From positions 96,001-160,000 of the forward strand of contig OY761159.2 in assembly GCA_963664395.2 (NCBI GenBank): 64,000 bases of DNA, written 5' to 3'. Of this stretch, positions 20,700-31,379 are shown piece after piece. The DNA is from Candidatus Binatia bacterium. Lineage in GTDB: Bacteria > Desulfobacterota > Binatia > Bin18. The notes below the pieces were generated by a model. The model saw only the letters and a program-made list of their open reading frames with translations, was not told the DNA's origin and ran no database searches. The position numbers and the translations under genes were made by a program. Within the stretch, counting starts at the first letter, position 1. Each line of letters opens with the position of its first letter.

Positions 20700-20819
20700 C
20701 ATCTCCGTATCACCTGGGAGGGGCAGGAATTCATCGACAGCACCCGAAATGAAGATGTTTGGAAACGCGCAAAAGAGCAGTGCGGTGGACGTTCGGGCTT
20801 ACGCAGTCTCGACGAGTAA
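20700..20819 (+). pseudogene. DUF2513-like gene fragment
   Basis: Manual translation HLRITWEGQEFIDSTRNEDVWKRAKE resembles the LTW.GH.FLD..R...VW...K motif of DUF2513. Confidence 0.5.
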
Positions 20820-21665
20820 GGGTGGCCGCGCAGTTTGAAAGCCGGCGGCATTCCGATGTCCGCCTCCGCCATAGTGCTTGGCGACCGCACTGACATCGAA
20901 GTCTCCCACCGAGCGGAGACTCCACTCCCGGCGGTCCTCGGCAGTATCCCGATAGCTGGCACTGAACGCCGCCGCGGGAAACATCTCGCATAATCGATGC
21001 CCCAGGTCGGAGGTATTCCCGGTGGCATTGACGACGGGGACCCGGTAGCCACCCAGCTCCATCCACATCACTGCGGCCAGCAATTCCTCTACGTCGTGGG
21101 CTTGTTTGCGCAGAATCGCCTCGCCGTCCGCAAGAAGCTGCGGCAGGGCATCCGCCGCGGCTAATTTTTCCGCCCAGACGCTAAAATCGTACGGATAGCT
21201 TCGGATGGCCGCATTGATCGCCTGACTGCCCGGCAAGGCATGCTGCCACAGGTCCCGATCTTTAATATAGCGCAGGAGTTGCGGGCAATCCATCTCGGGA
21301 TGAAAATACTGCCAGGCCAGGGTCGCGCCCGACTCATCCATGTCAAAAAGGGCAAAAAGACCTGACTGTGCCTGGTCAGGATCAAACCGAGGAGGTTGCT
21401 CCCGGATATCCGCAAGCGCGGCCTGCGCCGATTTATGATGATCCAGGATGGTAATGTGGGCAACGCTCTGCCTCAGTTGCGCGAGTTGTTCTGCCGGATA
21501 GGCAAAATCAACCATGAAGAGGCGCGCACAGTTCGGGAGGGGCGGCGGCGGCACACCGTGACGAACCGGCACATAGGTCGCCGTCTCGCCCAGTCGATTC
21601 CAGGCGGCCCAGGCTGCCCCAAAGCCGTCCGGACAATGGGCGTGGTAGAGAACATAGTCGCGCAT
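20799..21665 (-). CDS. DHH/DHHA1 phosphoesterase (nanoRNase-like)
   Basis: YHAHCPDGF, ILDHHKS, DRDLW, GGGGHRNAAGF. Confidence 0.9.
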   Translation of the reverse strand: MRDYVLYHAHCPDGFGAAWAAWNRLGETATYVPVRHGVPPPPLPNCARLFMVDFAYPAEQLAQLRQSVAHITILDHHKSAQAALADIREQPPRFDPDQAQSGLFALFDMDESGATLAWQYFHPEMDCPQLLRYIKDRDLWQHALPGSQAINAAIRSYPYDFSVWAEKLAAADALPQLLADGEAILRKQAHDVEELLAAVMWMELGGYRVPVVNATGNTSDLGHRLCEMFPAAAFSASYRDTAEDRREWSLRSVGDFDVSAVAKHYGGGGHRNAAGFQTARPPLLVETA

Positions 21666-21930
21666 CAGCTACTCCCGCATCATATTTGGGCGATATTGAC
21701 TATCCTGACGATATTGCACAAGCGTATAATTAGTATAGCAGTTCGGGCGACAGGCAGACGCCCGTTATTAGAATGCCCGAATACTTCTCTTTTTGATACC
21801 GGCCCAGACTCAGCGGCCCAGGGTATTTCTCTGGCCAATCCGAACAGGTATGTAGTACAATTCCATTCCGTCAGGACTCGGAACGGGCGGAAGAGCAGGC
21901 AGTACGATAAGCAAGAAGATTGAAATCCTT

Positions 21931-23982
21931 ATGCAACCTGGATCCATAGTTATTTACCGTGAACGTGGGCACCTCGCGCTGGGCGTTGTCCAAAAAGTAA
22001 GCACACTAGGAAAAGGCAGTCTGGAGCTGCTTGGAGAAAATGACAAAAAACTCTCCTTATCGAGGGATCGTATTTTCTTTGACTGTCGGTCGACGTTTCC
22101 ACTCGACCAGTCTCCCCTAGACCGCAAAAGACGCCTCACAGAGCTACGGGATCAAATACAGCATTACGCTCAAACTACCGATCTCAAAGAGCTGTGGGAA
22201 CTGTTGGAAGCGGACCATACGGCTGTCTTCACCTGGCAGGAATTAGCCGAATTTGTTGTTTCTGCTGATGAGCCGTTCGCCATGGCCGGTGTCCTCGATG
22301 CACTCTGGAACCAGTCTTTGTATTTTAAGGAAAAACAAGCCGGCTCTTTTTCTCCACGAGACGTGCAGGGTGTGGAAGAGTGTCTGCTTCAGCAGCAACG
22401 AGAATACGAAAAGGACCGGGAACAGCAAGTCTTCCTCACCTGGGTCGAAGCGCAGCTGCAAGGACAGCCCGCCGGTGAGCCACCTCCAGGCCATAAACAA
22501 TTTCTCTCACTGATTCAGGGCCTTGCTTTATACGGCGAGGGATATGACAAACGACTCCAAGCCCTTCAATTATTGAATGTCATTGGCTTTCAAGGCAAAG
22601 GACAGCCCTGGTATGTTGCGTTTCAGTTGCTCGTTCAGCTCGGAATCTGGCAGCCGGACGAAGAACTCTGCCTGCTGCGCTATCATATTCCGACCCAGTT
22701 TTCTGAGGAAGCACTCCAAGCGGCTCACGACCTGCCAACCTTTTCGCTGGAGACGGCAGACAGCAGCGAGCAAGACCAGCTGGAAGACCTGACCGCTTTA
22801 GAGACGCTGACGATCGATGACGCCGATACTGACGAGATCGACGACGCGCTCAGCCTGACCGAGCAGGACGGGCAGGTACTCATCGGTATCCATATTGCCG
22901 ATGCTGGCTATTATGTTCGCCCACACAGCATTCTCGACAAATCCGCATTGGCACGCGGGACGACCATTTATCTGCCGAGCGGCAAGTTCCCCATGCTGCC
23001 GCCCGTCATTAGCGAAGATAAAGCCAGTCTCGTTGCGCAGGCGGAGAGACCGGCGCTCAGCTTTTTTGTGCGTATTGATGATACGGGGCAACTCCAGCCC
23101 GAACGCATTACACGCAGTATCGTTCGGGTGTCACATCGCCTGTCCTATACTGAAGCAGACGCAGCCTTAGCCGCAGGCAGTACAGCATCCTATCGCTCGA
23201 CCCTACAGCGCCTCGCCCAACTCGCCCGGAAACGGAAAGAGCAACGGATCGCCCAAGGGGCCATTCTGATTGACGGAGACGAGGTCAAGGTCAAAGTCAG
23301 AGATGGAAGCATTACAACGACCTTGCTCAGCAATGACTCACCGTCTCGTGGTCTGGTGAGTGAATGTATGATCATGGCCAATGAAACAGCGGCCCGCTAT
23401 TGCCACGCCAACAACCTCCCCGCACTCTATATCGGCCAGCCGCCTCCGGATGAAACGATTCCGGTCCGATCCGATTTACCCACACGGCAAACCCATGTCC
23501 ATGCTGCCAGACGCTTGATGGCCCCGTCCCAGCTCGGCACCCTGCCAGAGGCGCATACCGCCTTAGGGCTCCCCTTGTATACCCAGGCAACCTCCCCACT
23601 CCGGCGTTATACCGATCTCCAGATGCATCACCAGATCAAGCATCATCTTACGCATGGCAGCCCCTTGTTTCAGGAAAGCCAACTCCAAGTCGTTGCGGCC
23701 AGTGCCCAGGCCGCGATTGGAGATGCCCGCCGCTGCGAGCGCGAGAGCACGCGATTTTGGTTACTGCGTTTACTTGAGGGGCAGCAAGGAGAGGTCGTCA
23801 GCGGTCAAGTCGTGCGCGCCCAGCACCGCCGACTCTTTGTCGAGTTGGACGAGACGCTGCTGTTCGTCCCCATTAACAATGCGCCGCCCTTACCCCTCGG
23901 AACGCCAGTCCGAGTCAGCCTCAACCACGTCGATGCCCGACGCGACACGCTGAGCGTGAAGCTCGTTGAGAGCGAGGAGTAA
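21931..23982 (+). CDS. RNB-domain exoribonuclease (RNase II/R family)
   Basis: TIDDADTDEIDDALS, IHIAD, MIMANE, TSPLRRYTDL. Confidence 0.93.
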   Translation: MQPGSIVIYRERGHLALGVVQKVSTLGKGSLELLGENDKKLSLSRDRIFFDCRSTFPLDQSPLDRKRRLTELRDQIQHYAQTTDLKELWELLEADHTAVFTWQELAEFVVSADEPFAMAGVLDALWNQSLYFKEKQAGSFSPRDVQGVEECLLQQQREYEKDREQQVFLTWVEAQLQGQPAGEPPPGHKQFLSLIQGLALYGEGYDKRLQALQLLNVIGFQGKGQPWYVAFQLLVQLGIWQPDEELCLLRYHIPTQFSEEALQAAHDLPTFSLETADSSEQDQLEDLTALETLTIDDADTDEIDDALSLTEQDGQVLIGIHIADAGYYVRPHSILDKSALARGTTIYLPSGKFPMLPPVISEDKASLVAQAERPALSFFVRIDDTGQLQPERITRSIVRVSHRLSYTEADAALAAGSTASYRSTLQRLAQLARKRKEQRIAQGAILIDGDEVKVKVRDGSITTTLLSNDSPSRGLVSECMIMANETAARYCHANNLPALYIGQPPPDETIPVRSDLPTRQTHVHAARRLMAPSQLGTLPEAHTALGLPLYTQATSPLRRYTDLQMHHQIKHHLTHGSPLFQESQLQVVAASAQAAIGDARRCERESTRFWLLRLLEGQQGEVVSGQVVRAQHRRLFVELDETLLFVPINNAPPLPLGTPVRVSLNHVDARRDTLSVKLVESEE

Positions 23983-24041
23983 TACCCTCGTCCGGTTTTA
24001 CGTCCTACCGGACGACCAGTCCCAGGCAGCTGCGGGCAGTA

Positions 24042-24854
24042 TCACCACATGACCACGCCGCCGTCGATATTGAGGGACTGGCCGGTAATATACGACGCCT
24101 CAGGCGTACACAGATAAGCCAGAAATTTGCCAATCTCCGTATCGGAACCGGGCCGATTCAGGGGGATCAACTGCTGAACCGTTTTGTTCCAGGTTTCATC
24201 ACGTCCGAGATCGTCCATACGCGAGGTATCAATGATGCCCGGACAGACCGCGTTGACCCGAATATTATGCGTGGCCAATTCCATGGCCAGGGCTTGGGTA
24301 AAACCCTGAATGCCGAAGTTCGACGTACAGTAGGCCACCATATTCGGGTTGCCCTTTTTGCCCGCAATGGACGAGACATTCAGGATACTTCCCCCCTGGC
24401 CTTGCTGAATCATGGTCGGCACCACAGCCTGACTCATCAAAAAACTACCGGTGAGCTTAATGTCGAGGACCTTACGCCACACGTCTTCGGGGAGTTCGGT
24501 CAGGGGCACCCGGTCCGGCCCACGTGCAAAAGCGGAATTGTTGATCAGGATATCAATCCGGCCGAATTCCTTGAGCGTTGCGTCCACGCTGTCTTGTACC
24601 GCCGCACTGTCGGTGATATTGGCAACCACAGGTAAGCAGCGCCTCCCAACGTCCCGAACCTGCTCGGCAGTACTCTCAATATCCCGCCAGCCAGCGGCCT
24701 TTTCATCTTCCGGATAATATTGGGGATCGCGCCCGGTTCCAGTGACAACAACGTCAGCTCCAAGTTTAGCCAGCGCCAGCGCGGCAGCGCGGCCGATACC
24801 GCGTAAGCGCCCTGCCCCGGTTATAATCGCTACTTTTCCATCAAGGCTGCCCAT
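24042..24854 (-). CDS. Short-chain dehydrogenase/reductase
   Basis: ITGAGRLRGIG, NAVCPG; catalytic motif reads YCTSN rather than YxxxK. Confidence 0.9.
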   Translation of the reverse strand: MGSLDGKVAIITGAGRLRGIGRAAALALAKLGADVVVTGTGRDPQYYPEDEKAAGWRDIESTAEQVRDVGRRCLPVVANITDSAAVQDSVDATLKEFGRIDILINNSAFARGPDRVPLTELPEDVWRKVLDIKLTGSFLMSQAVVPTMIQQGQGGSILNVSSIAGKKGNPNMVAYCTSNFGIQGFTQALAMELATHNIRVNAVCPGIIDTSRMDDLGRDETWNKTVQQLIPLNRPGSDTEIGKFLAYLCTPEASYITGQSLNIDGGVVMW

Positions 24855-24879
24855 CGTTCTCTCCCCGGTCAGCGGTACG

Positions 24880-25620
24880 CTACGCACCAAGCGCTTCGGC
24901 AAACAGTTTTTTCACTCTATCCCAGGCGTCAGTCGCCGCGGCCTCATTATACGACCCGCGCTGGTTACAGAAAAACCCGTGATCGGCGTCAGGATAGACA
25001 ACCACTTCATGCCGAATGGCGTTGGATTCAAGGGCGGCCCGGATCGTATCCACATCGGTCATAGGGATGTGGGCATCCTTGCCGCCGAACAGACACAGCA
25101 TGCGGCCCTCAATGTGCCCGGTCCGGCCGACGGTTGACGGCTGGCCGCCAAAGCCTTGCGCCCCGGCAATCCCGCCGCCGTAGAAGCTGGCTGCTGCGAC
25201 CACATCGGTTTCACACGCCGCTAAATAGGTCATGTGCCCGCCAACACAAAATCCCATGGCACCAATTTTGTTGCCAATCACAAAGTTCTTTCGTTTGAGA
25301 AAAGAGACGGCCGCCAGCGCATCAGCCGCCATTTCATCTGCGTTGAGCTGGTTCAGGAGCTTAATGCCCTCTTCCATACCTGTTTCGTCATACCCGTACT
25401 CCACCCCAGGACCGGTACGATGAAAGAAGTCCGGCGCAAGCGCGACATAGCCCTCTTTTGCTATCCGTTCGGTGACATCCTGAATATGGGAATTTACGCC
25501 AAAAATTTCCATAAAGACGAGCACTGCCGGACGGGGCGTCGTGTCAGCCGGCCGGACCATATAGCCGCCCATAGTCTGCGCGTCAATATTGATATGAACG
25601 CGCTCAGTCGTAATCTCCAT
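24880..25620 (-). CDS. Dienelactone hydrolase family protein
   Basis: EIFGVN, GFCVGG, YPDADHGF. Confidence 0.93.
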   Translation of the reverse strand: MEITTERVHINIDAQTMGGYMVRPADTTPRPAVLVFMEIFGVNSHIQDVTERIAKEGYVALAPDFFHRTGPGVEYGYDETGMEEGIKLLNQLNADEMAADALAAVSFLKRKNFVIGNKIGAMGFCVGGHMTYLAACETDVVAAASFYGGGIAGAQGFGGQPSTVGRTGHIEGRMLCLFGGKDAHIPMTDVDTIRAALESNAIRHEVVVYPDADHGFFCNQRGSYNEAAATDAWDRVKKLFAEALGA

Positions 25621-25785
25621 CAGATTCTCCTTATGCACTGTCCTATTTTCAGGCGTGACCTTACTACGAGCATGTACCAGCAGCAATGGTCGCCTCCGTT
25701 TTTCTCACATACCCGTACACCCTCGTCAAGGCGCTGGGGGTGTGATACAGCGGGGCGGTGGTCATCACATTATAAGGAGGGCGCT

Positions 25786-26583
25786 ATGCCGCATGTTCAT
25801 CGAGATGGAGTGAATATTTATTACGAAAGCTATGGATCAGGAACGCCGATTGTTTTTCTCCATCCTTTTTCGACTAATGGCTATATTTGGTATTTTCAGA
25901 CCTTTTCGTTTGCACAGAATTATCAATGCATCAGCGTCGATCACCGTGGACATGGGCGTTCGGACAAGCCCGAGTCCGGCTATGCCATTGCAGAGATGGC
26001 GGCTGATGTCGCAGCCATTCTTGATGCAACCGGCAACGAGAAGGCGGTCCTGGTCGGCAATTCGATTGGCGGCATGATTGCCATGCAGTTCAACCTCGAC
26101 TTTCCGGATCGAGTCCTGGGCACGGCCATCGTCAGCAGCGGAACCAACCTCGCAGCCGGCATGCCACCTGAAGCCATGCACGCCTTTCAGCAGGACCTCA
26201 ACGGCGCGTTCGGTGGACTGATGGAAGGGGCAGTCTCGGCGAAGACCAAGCAGGACAAGCCGGAAATTTTAGACCTGATAAAAGCCAGTTTCGCGGTTGA
26301 TGACAATTTCACCGAGCAGGTTTTCTTTGCCAACGCGGCCGACCCCAACGGGGTCTTTAACTGGAATATTTCGGATCAACTCAAGAACATTACAAAGCCG
26401 ACCATCATTTTTGCCGGTGAAGAAGATCACGCCACACCAGTCGAAGCCAACCAGTTCCTGGCTGATAATATTCCCAATGCCCGCATCAAAATCCTTAAAG
26501 ACGTTGGCCACTTTTACCAATTGGAAAAACCGGCGGATTTCAACGCGGACTTAGCTCAGTTCTTGAAACAGGTCGTTGCGTGA
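25786..26583 (+). CDS. Alpha/beta hydrolase
   Basis: DHRGHGRS, GNSIGG, GH near C-terminus; AAGGAGG RBS. Confidence 0.92.
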   Translation: MPHVHRDGVNIYYESYGSGTPIVFLHPFSTNGYIWYFQTFSFAQNYQCISVDHRGHGRSDKPESGYAIAEMAADVAAILDATGNEKAVLVGNSIGGMIAMQFNLDFPDRVLGTAIVSSGTNLAAGMPPEAMHAFQQDLNGAFGGLMEGAVSAKTKQDKPEILDLIKASFAVDDNFTEQVFFANAADPNGVFNWNISDQLKNITKPTIIFAGEEDHATPVEANQFLADNIPNARIKILKDVGHFYQLEKPADFNADLAQFLKQVVA

Positions 26584-26625
26584 CGCGCAGTTCCGGCTCG
26601 TTTCTTCATTGATGAGAGTTGAAAC

Positions 26626-28428
26626 ATGAGCGATGCTTCACTGGCCGGCATGGTTCTTGACCGGGCCGCGCGGTACGGCTCAAAGCGCGTTTTCATGCGC
26701 AAACGCGGCAGCTCTTGGGAAGACGTTTCCTGGCAACAGTTCGGCGATCAAATTGTTCGCGCCGCCCAGGGGCTGGCGGCCATAGGCTTTCAGCCGGGCG
26801 ACCGGCTGGCCATCCTGGCCGACAATCGACCCGAATGGCCGCTGATTGATCTGGCCTGTCTCTATCTCGGGGGCGTCGATGTTCCGCTGTATTTGACCAG
26901 CCCTCCAACTGATCTGGCCTATATCCTGAAAGACGCCGGCGTGACTTTCCTCGCCCTCGCGGGCGATGATCAACGCAAGAAAATTGAGCAGATAGCCTCA
27001 GACGTTCCCAGCCTGACACAGGTCATTCATCTCGACTCCGAGTCCACCCCAGACGCCGGACAGCTCGCCCACCTTCCCGCGCTCAGCCTGCAAGAACTCC
27101 TCGTGCAAGGCGAAAAAACGGCTGGCGCCACACAGCCAGTCCCCCATCCCGACCTGGCCACCATCATCTATACCTCAGGCACCACTGGCCAGCCCAAAGG
27201 GGTCATGCTGACCCACGCGAATATGCTGGCGAACGCCGAGGACGCCAGCGCCATCCTGCCGATTGCCGAAGACGACCTGAGCCTGTCCTTTCTGCCCCTG
27301 TCGCATGGCTTCGAGCGGACCGGCGGGCTCTACACGATATTGCGGGCCGGCGGCAGCATCGCCTACGGTGGCGGAATCGCCAGCCTGACCGATGACCTGC
27401 GCCAAGTCCGACCGACCATGCTGGGCTGCGTGCCGCGTGTGCTGGAGCGGGTCTACCAGCACGTGCTGGGCGAAAAAGAGAGTGCGTCCTTGGTGAAGCA
27501 GAAAATTCTCGGCTGGGTGCTGGACGTCGGACGAGCAGCCGGCCGGGTGCGCACGGCCGACACAACGCACGAAACGGCCCTGCCGTTTCCGCTCAGGCTG
27601 CAACATCACGTGGCCGACCGGCTCGTGTTCCGCAAGCTGCGTCAGGCACTCGGCGGGCAGATCCGCTTCCTGGTGTCCGGAGGCGCTCCGCTCAACGCGG
27701 ACTTGGCCTGCTTCTTTCACGGCGCCGGCATACCCGTCTATGAGGGTTACGGCCTGACCGAGGCCGGGCCGGTTGTCACCTGCAATGCACCGGGCCGCAG
27801 CCGGGTCGGCAGCGTCGGCCCTGCCCTGCCCCAGGTATCCGTGCGCATCGCCGCTGACGGAGAGGTGTGCGTACGCGGCCCAAACGTCATGCGCGGCTAT
27901 TACAACCGGCCGGACGACACGGCCGAGGCGCTGGATGCCCAGGGCTGGCTGCACACCGGCGACATCGGAGAGGTCGACGCGCAGGGCTTTCTGACCATCA
28001 CCGACCGCAAGAAAAACCTGCTCATCACCTCGCAGGGCGAGAACGTTGCCCCGCAGTCCATTGAAGGCTGCTTTCGCCAGGAGCCACTGATTGAAGAGGC
28101 CTGTCTGATCGGAGACCAGCGCCCCTATCTGACCGTGCTGCTGGTGCCCGACCGCGAGTTCGTGGAGATCACGGCACGCAAGCACGGGCTCAGCGGAGAG
28201 TGGCCGGGCCTGCTGGACCATCCCACCATCCGGGCACTGTTTGAGCAGTGTTTCGAGACCGTGAACAGCAGCCTGCCGCGGCATGCCCAGCCCCGCAAGT
28301 TCGCACTGCTCCCCGAGCCGTTCTCGCAGGAGCGCAATGAGCTGACTCCAACCCTCAAGGTCAAACGACGTACAGTGCTGCAAACGCGGCAGGCCGAGAT
28401 TGACGGCCTGTACCCGGACCAGCAGTGA
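26626..28428 (+). CDS. Long-chain fatty acid-CoA ligase (AMP-dependent synthetase)
   Basis: IYTSGTTGQPKG, YEGYGLTE, GWLHTGDIG, ELTPTLKVKR. Confidence 0.93.
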   Translation: MSDASLAGMVLDRAARYGSKRVFMRKRGSSWEDVSWQQFGDQIVRAAQGLAAIGFQPGDRLAILADNRPEWPLIDLACLYLGGVDVPLYLTSPPTDLAYILKDAGVTFLALAGDDQRKKIEQIASDVPSLTQVIHLDSESTPDAGQLAHLPALSLQELLVQGEKTAGATQPVPHPDLATIIYTSGTTGQPKGVMLTHANMLANAEDASAILPIAEDDLSLSFLPLSHGFERTGGLYTILRAGGSIAYGGGIASLTDDLRQVRPTMLGCVPRVLERVYQHVLGEKESASLVKQKILGWVLDVGRAAGRVRTADTTHETALPFPLRLQHHVADRLVFRKLRQALGGQIRFLVSGGAPLNADLACFFHGAGIPVYEGYGLTEAGPVVTCNAPGRSRVGSVGPALPQVSVRIAADGEVCVRGPNVMRGYYNRPDDTAEALDAQGWLHTGDIGEVDAQGFLTITDRKKNLLITSQGENVAPQSIEGCFRQEPLIEEACLIGDQRPYLTVLLVPDREFVEITARKHGLSGEWPGLLDHPTIRALFEQCFETVNSSLPRHAQPRKFALLPEPFSQERNELTPTLKVKRRTVLQTRQAEIDGLYPDQQ

Positions 28429-28444
28429 CGTTCCGCACCGTCTC

Positions 28445-29974
28445 ATGAGCCTGGAAACAGTTGACGACATTGAGGTACTGCTGGACGTTTTTCCGCCAGC
28501 GCTGCGCCAGGCCGTGTTGCAGGAAAGCACCCTGCACGACTTGCTGGAAGTCATTCTCGACCTGGGCCGCCCGCCCGAGGCGCGTTATGTCGCCAAGACC
28601 ACCGACCTGGCCTCCGAGCCGGTCGCTGCCGAGACCATCGCCTTCGTGGTGGAACGCATCGGAGCGTTCAGCCACGATAACCGGGCCGGCATTCCGCGCA
28701 CCCTGCACCGCATCTCCGCGCTGCGCAACCGCACGGGCGGCATCATTGGGCTGACCTGCCGGGTCGGCCGGGCCGTGTTCGGGACGCTCGATATCGTTCA
28801 GGACTTGGTCCACCAGCCGGACAAGAGCATCCTGCTCTTAGGCCCACCAGGGGTTGGCAAAACCACGTTGCTGCGCGAGGCGGCCCGCGTGTTAGCCGAC
28901 GAGGACGGCAAACGGGTCGTTATCGTGGATACCTCAAACGAAATTGCCGGCGACGGAGATATTCCCCACTCTGCTATTGGGCGCGCCCGTCGGATGCAGG
29001 TGCCCTCACCGGACCGTCAGCACCGGGTGATGATCGAAGCGGTCGAAAATCACATGCCCGAAGTCATTGTGGTGGATGAGATAGGGACAGAAGCTGAGGC
29101 CGAGGCTGCCCGAACGATTGCCGAGCGCGGAGTCCGGCTTATTGCCACGGCCCATGGTGGAACGCTGGAGAATTTAGTCCTCAATCCCACCCTGTCGGAC
29201 CTCCTTGGTGGCGTGCAGTCGGTGACCCTGGGCGATGACGAAGCCCGTCGCCGCCGGACCCAAAAGACCGTTCAGGAACGGAAAGCGCCGCCAACATTCG
29301 ACGTGCTGATTGAAATCCATGCTCGGCACCGCTTTGCCGTACATCCTGACGTGGCAGCCGCGGTTGACGGCTTGTTACGGGGCTGGAGTTCCAGCCTGGA
29401 GATACGTACCCGCCAGGAAGACGGCAGCATTACAACCGAACAACTGACGGATACGGATTCCTCTGTCCAGAGCAATACCGCAGCCCACACGCAGAGTACG
29501 CACCACACACAAGCGCGTCAAGTATTACGGATTTATCCCTATGGCATTAATCGACAGCGTCTTGAACACGCCATCCACGATCTGGATGTCCCCGCTCGCG
29601 TTGTCACCCAACCGACATATGCAGATGTCATTCTCACGGTCAGGGGCCAGACCAAACGGCAGCCAAAAGCGCTCCGTTTGCTGGTAGAACGCGGAATGCC
29701 GCTCTCCGCCTTACGGAGTGACACGGCATCTCAAATGGGGAAATTTCTACGCGATCATCTCAGCGAGGAATTTCCCGAGGACCGGGCCGCACTGGCCGAA
29801 GCAGAAGCAGGCGTGCAACGGGTGATTGCCCAAAACGAGCAGTGTGAGCTTTCTCCGCAACGCGCCCGGCTGCGCCGCCTGCAGCATCAATTGGTGAAGA
29901 GCTATGGCTTGATTTCACACAGCGAAGGGGAAGAGCCGTTTCGGCGGCTTATTGTCTATCCGGTCGGGCGCTGA
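28445..29974 (+). CDS. Ycf45/SpoIIIAA-like AAA ATPase with C-terminal R3H domain
   Basis: GPPGVGKTT, DTSNEIAGDG, ENHMPEVIVVDEIG, RRLQH...SEGEEPFRRL. Confidence 0.9.
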   Translation: MSLETVDDIEVLLDVFPPALRQAVLQESTLHDLLEVILDLGRPPEARYVAKTTDLASEPVAAETIAFVVERIGAFSHDNRAGIPRTLHRISALRNRTGGIIGLTCRVGRAVFGTLDIVQDLVHQPDKSILLLGPPGVGKTTLLREAARVLADEDGKRVVIVDTSNEIAGDGDIPHSAIGRARRMQVPSPDRQHRVMIEAVENHMPEVIVVDEIGTEAEAEAARTIAERGVRLIATAHGGTLENLVLNPTLSDLLGGVQSVTLGDDEARRRRTQKTVQERKAPPTFDVLIEIHARHRFAVHPDVAAAVDGLLRGWSSSLEIRTRQEDGSITTEQLTDTDSSVQSNTAAHTQSTHHTQARQVLRIYPYGINRQRLEHAIHDLDVPARVVTQPTYADVILTVRGQTKRQPKALRLLVERGMPLSALRSDTASQMGKFLRDHLSEEFPEDRAALAEAEAGVQRVIAQNEQCELSPQRARLRRLQHQLVKSYGLISHSEGEEPFRRLIVYPVGR

Positions 29975-30029
29975 AACGGGCGACCTGTCCGTCGCCCCTC
30001 CAAACCTTGGTCTATCCACTGGTCACCGG

Positions 30030-31259
30030 CTACGAGCCAATGACCAGCGCCACGCTCGTCGTGCCCGAGCCACCAATATTCAAGGTCGCGATCTTTTTTG
30101 CGCCTTCAATTTGGTATTCTCCGGCCGTTTCCGTCACTTGGCGGAAGGCATCCAAGGCTTGCCGCGTACCTGTCGCGCCAACGGGATGGCCACAGCCGAT
30201 CAAACCACCGCTGGCGTTGATCGGCAGCTTACCGCCGAATTCAATCACGCCGTCTTCAATGGCTCGCCACGATTCGCCCGGGTCGGTTAAACCGAAATGA
30301 TCAATTGCCATATACTCTGACGTGGTAAAGCAATCGTGCGTCTCAATGCCCTGTACATTCCAGACATCGGACAAACCAGCCCGCTGGAAGGCATCGACAA
30401 TGGCCTGCCGCGTATGGGGCAACACGTAGGGATTGCCCTTGCTCTGGGCGATTTTGGTGTCAAATTTGATCGGCGCGGTGTGATGGCCCCACCCCAGAAT
30501 CTTGGGCAGACTCGCCAAGGCCCGGCCTGTACGTTCGGCGTATTTTTTCGCAAAGGATTCAGAGGCCAGGAAAATCGAAGCCGCGCCGTCTGTGATTTGC
30601 GAACAGTCGCGCACCCGCAGCCGACCGGCCACTGGATTCACATATTTCCCAGAGTCCAGGTTTTGCGACTCGTCCGAAAACCAGCCTCGGGTTTGCGCTC
30701 TGGGGTTGCGGCGGGCGTTTGAGTAATTGACCTCGGCAATCCGAGTGAGATGCTCTTCCTGAAGCCCATAGCGTTCTTCATAGACATCGCCGAGCCGGCC
30801 GAACAGCTTTGGAAACGCAAACTCGACCCCTTTGGCTTCCTGGTCGTACCAGGCCGCAGTTCCGAGAAAATCGCCGCCCGTTGCCGGATCGACGGTCTTC
30901 ATCTGTTCGACCCCAACGACCAGCGCCAGCTCATACCGTCCGGCTTCGATTTCAGCCGAAGCCATGAGCATGGAAATACTGCCTGACGCGCAGGCGGCTT
31001 CGTGTCGAGAGGTTGGAATACCTGAGAGTGCCGGATCGATTTCGGCCAGAAAGGCGCCGAGATGGCCTTGCTTGCAGTAGAGTTCAGCAGCGAAATTACC
31101 GACATGCGCGACATCGACTTCATGCGGGTCAATACCCGTTGATGTGAAGCCATCCGATACGGCTTCTTTGATCATATCGACAATGTCGTTCCCTTCTTTC
31201 ATCCAGTTGCGGGCGAAATCGGTCTGATGCCCACCAAGCACATATACGGGTGCCGCCAT
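30030..31259 (-). CDS. Thiolase (SCP2/lipid-transfer-type acetyl-CoA acyltransferase)
   Basis: HEAACASG, ETHDCF, GHPVGATG, NIGGS. Confidence 0.92.
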   Translation of the reverse strand: MAAPVYVLGGHQTDFARNWMKEGNDIVDMIKEAVSDGFTSTGIDPHEVDVAHVGNFAAELYCKQGHLGAFLAEIDPALSGIPTSRHEAACASGSISMLMASAEIEAGRYELALVVGVEQMKTVDPATGGDFLGTAAWYDQEAKGVEFAFPKLFGRLGDVYEERYGLQEEHLTRIAEVNYSNARRNPRAQTRGWFSDESQNLDSGKYVNPVAGRLRVRDCSQITDGAASIFLASESFAKKYAERTGRALASLPKILGWGHHTAPIKFDTKIAQSKGNPYVLPHTRQAIVDAFQRAGLSDVWNVQGIETHDCFTTSEYMAIDHFGLTDPGESWRAIEDGVIEFGGKLPINASGGLIGCGHPVGATGTRQALDAFRQVTETAGEYQIEGAKKIATLNIGGSGTTSVALVIGS

Positions 31260-31379
31260 AATACTCCTCCTCATACGCTAGACGTTTGGTTTCCTTTTAG
31301 ATAAAGAGGGCGGTCGTTTGACGCAGTCGTCCTATCCTGCTCATAGGACAAGGTCAATCAGCACTCGCATGGCAGAGCA

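Noticed and set aside
25234-25785. N-terminal 184 aa of the 449-aa ORF as a fusion domain
   Set aside because: Overlaps the dienelactone hydrolase gene on the opposite strand; a strong RBS supports the start at 25786.
27175-28554. 459-aa minus-strand ORF
   Set aside because: Antisense shadow of the fatty acid-CoA ligase in high-GC DNA; no recognisable motifs.
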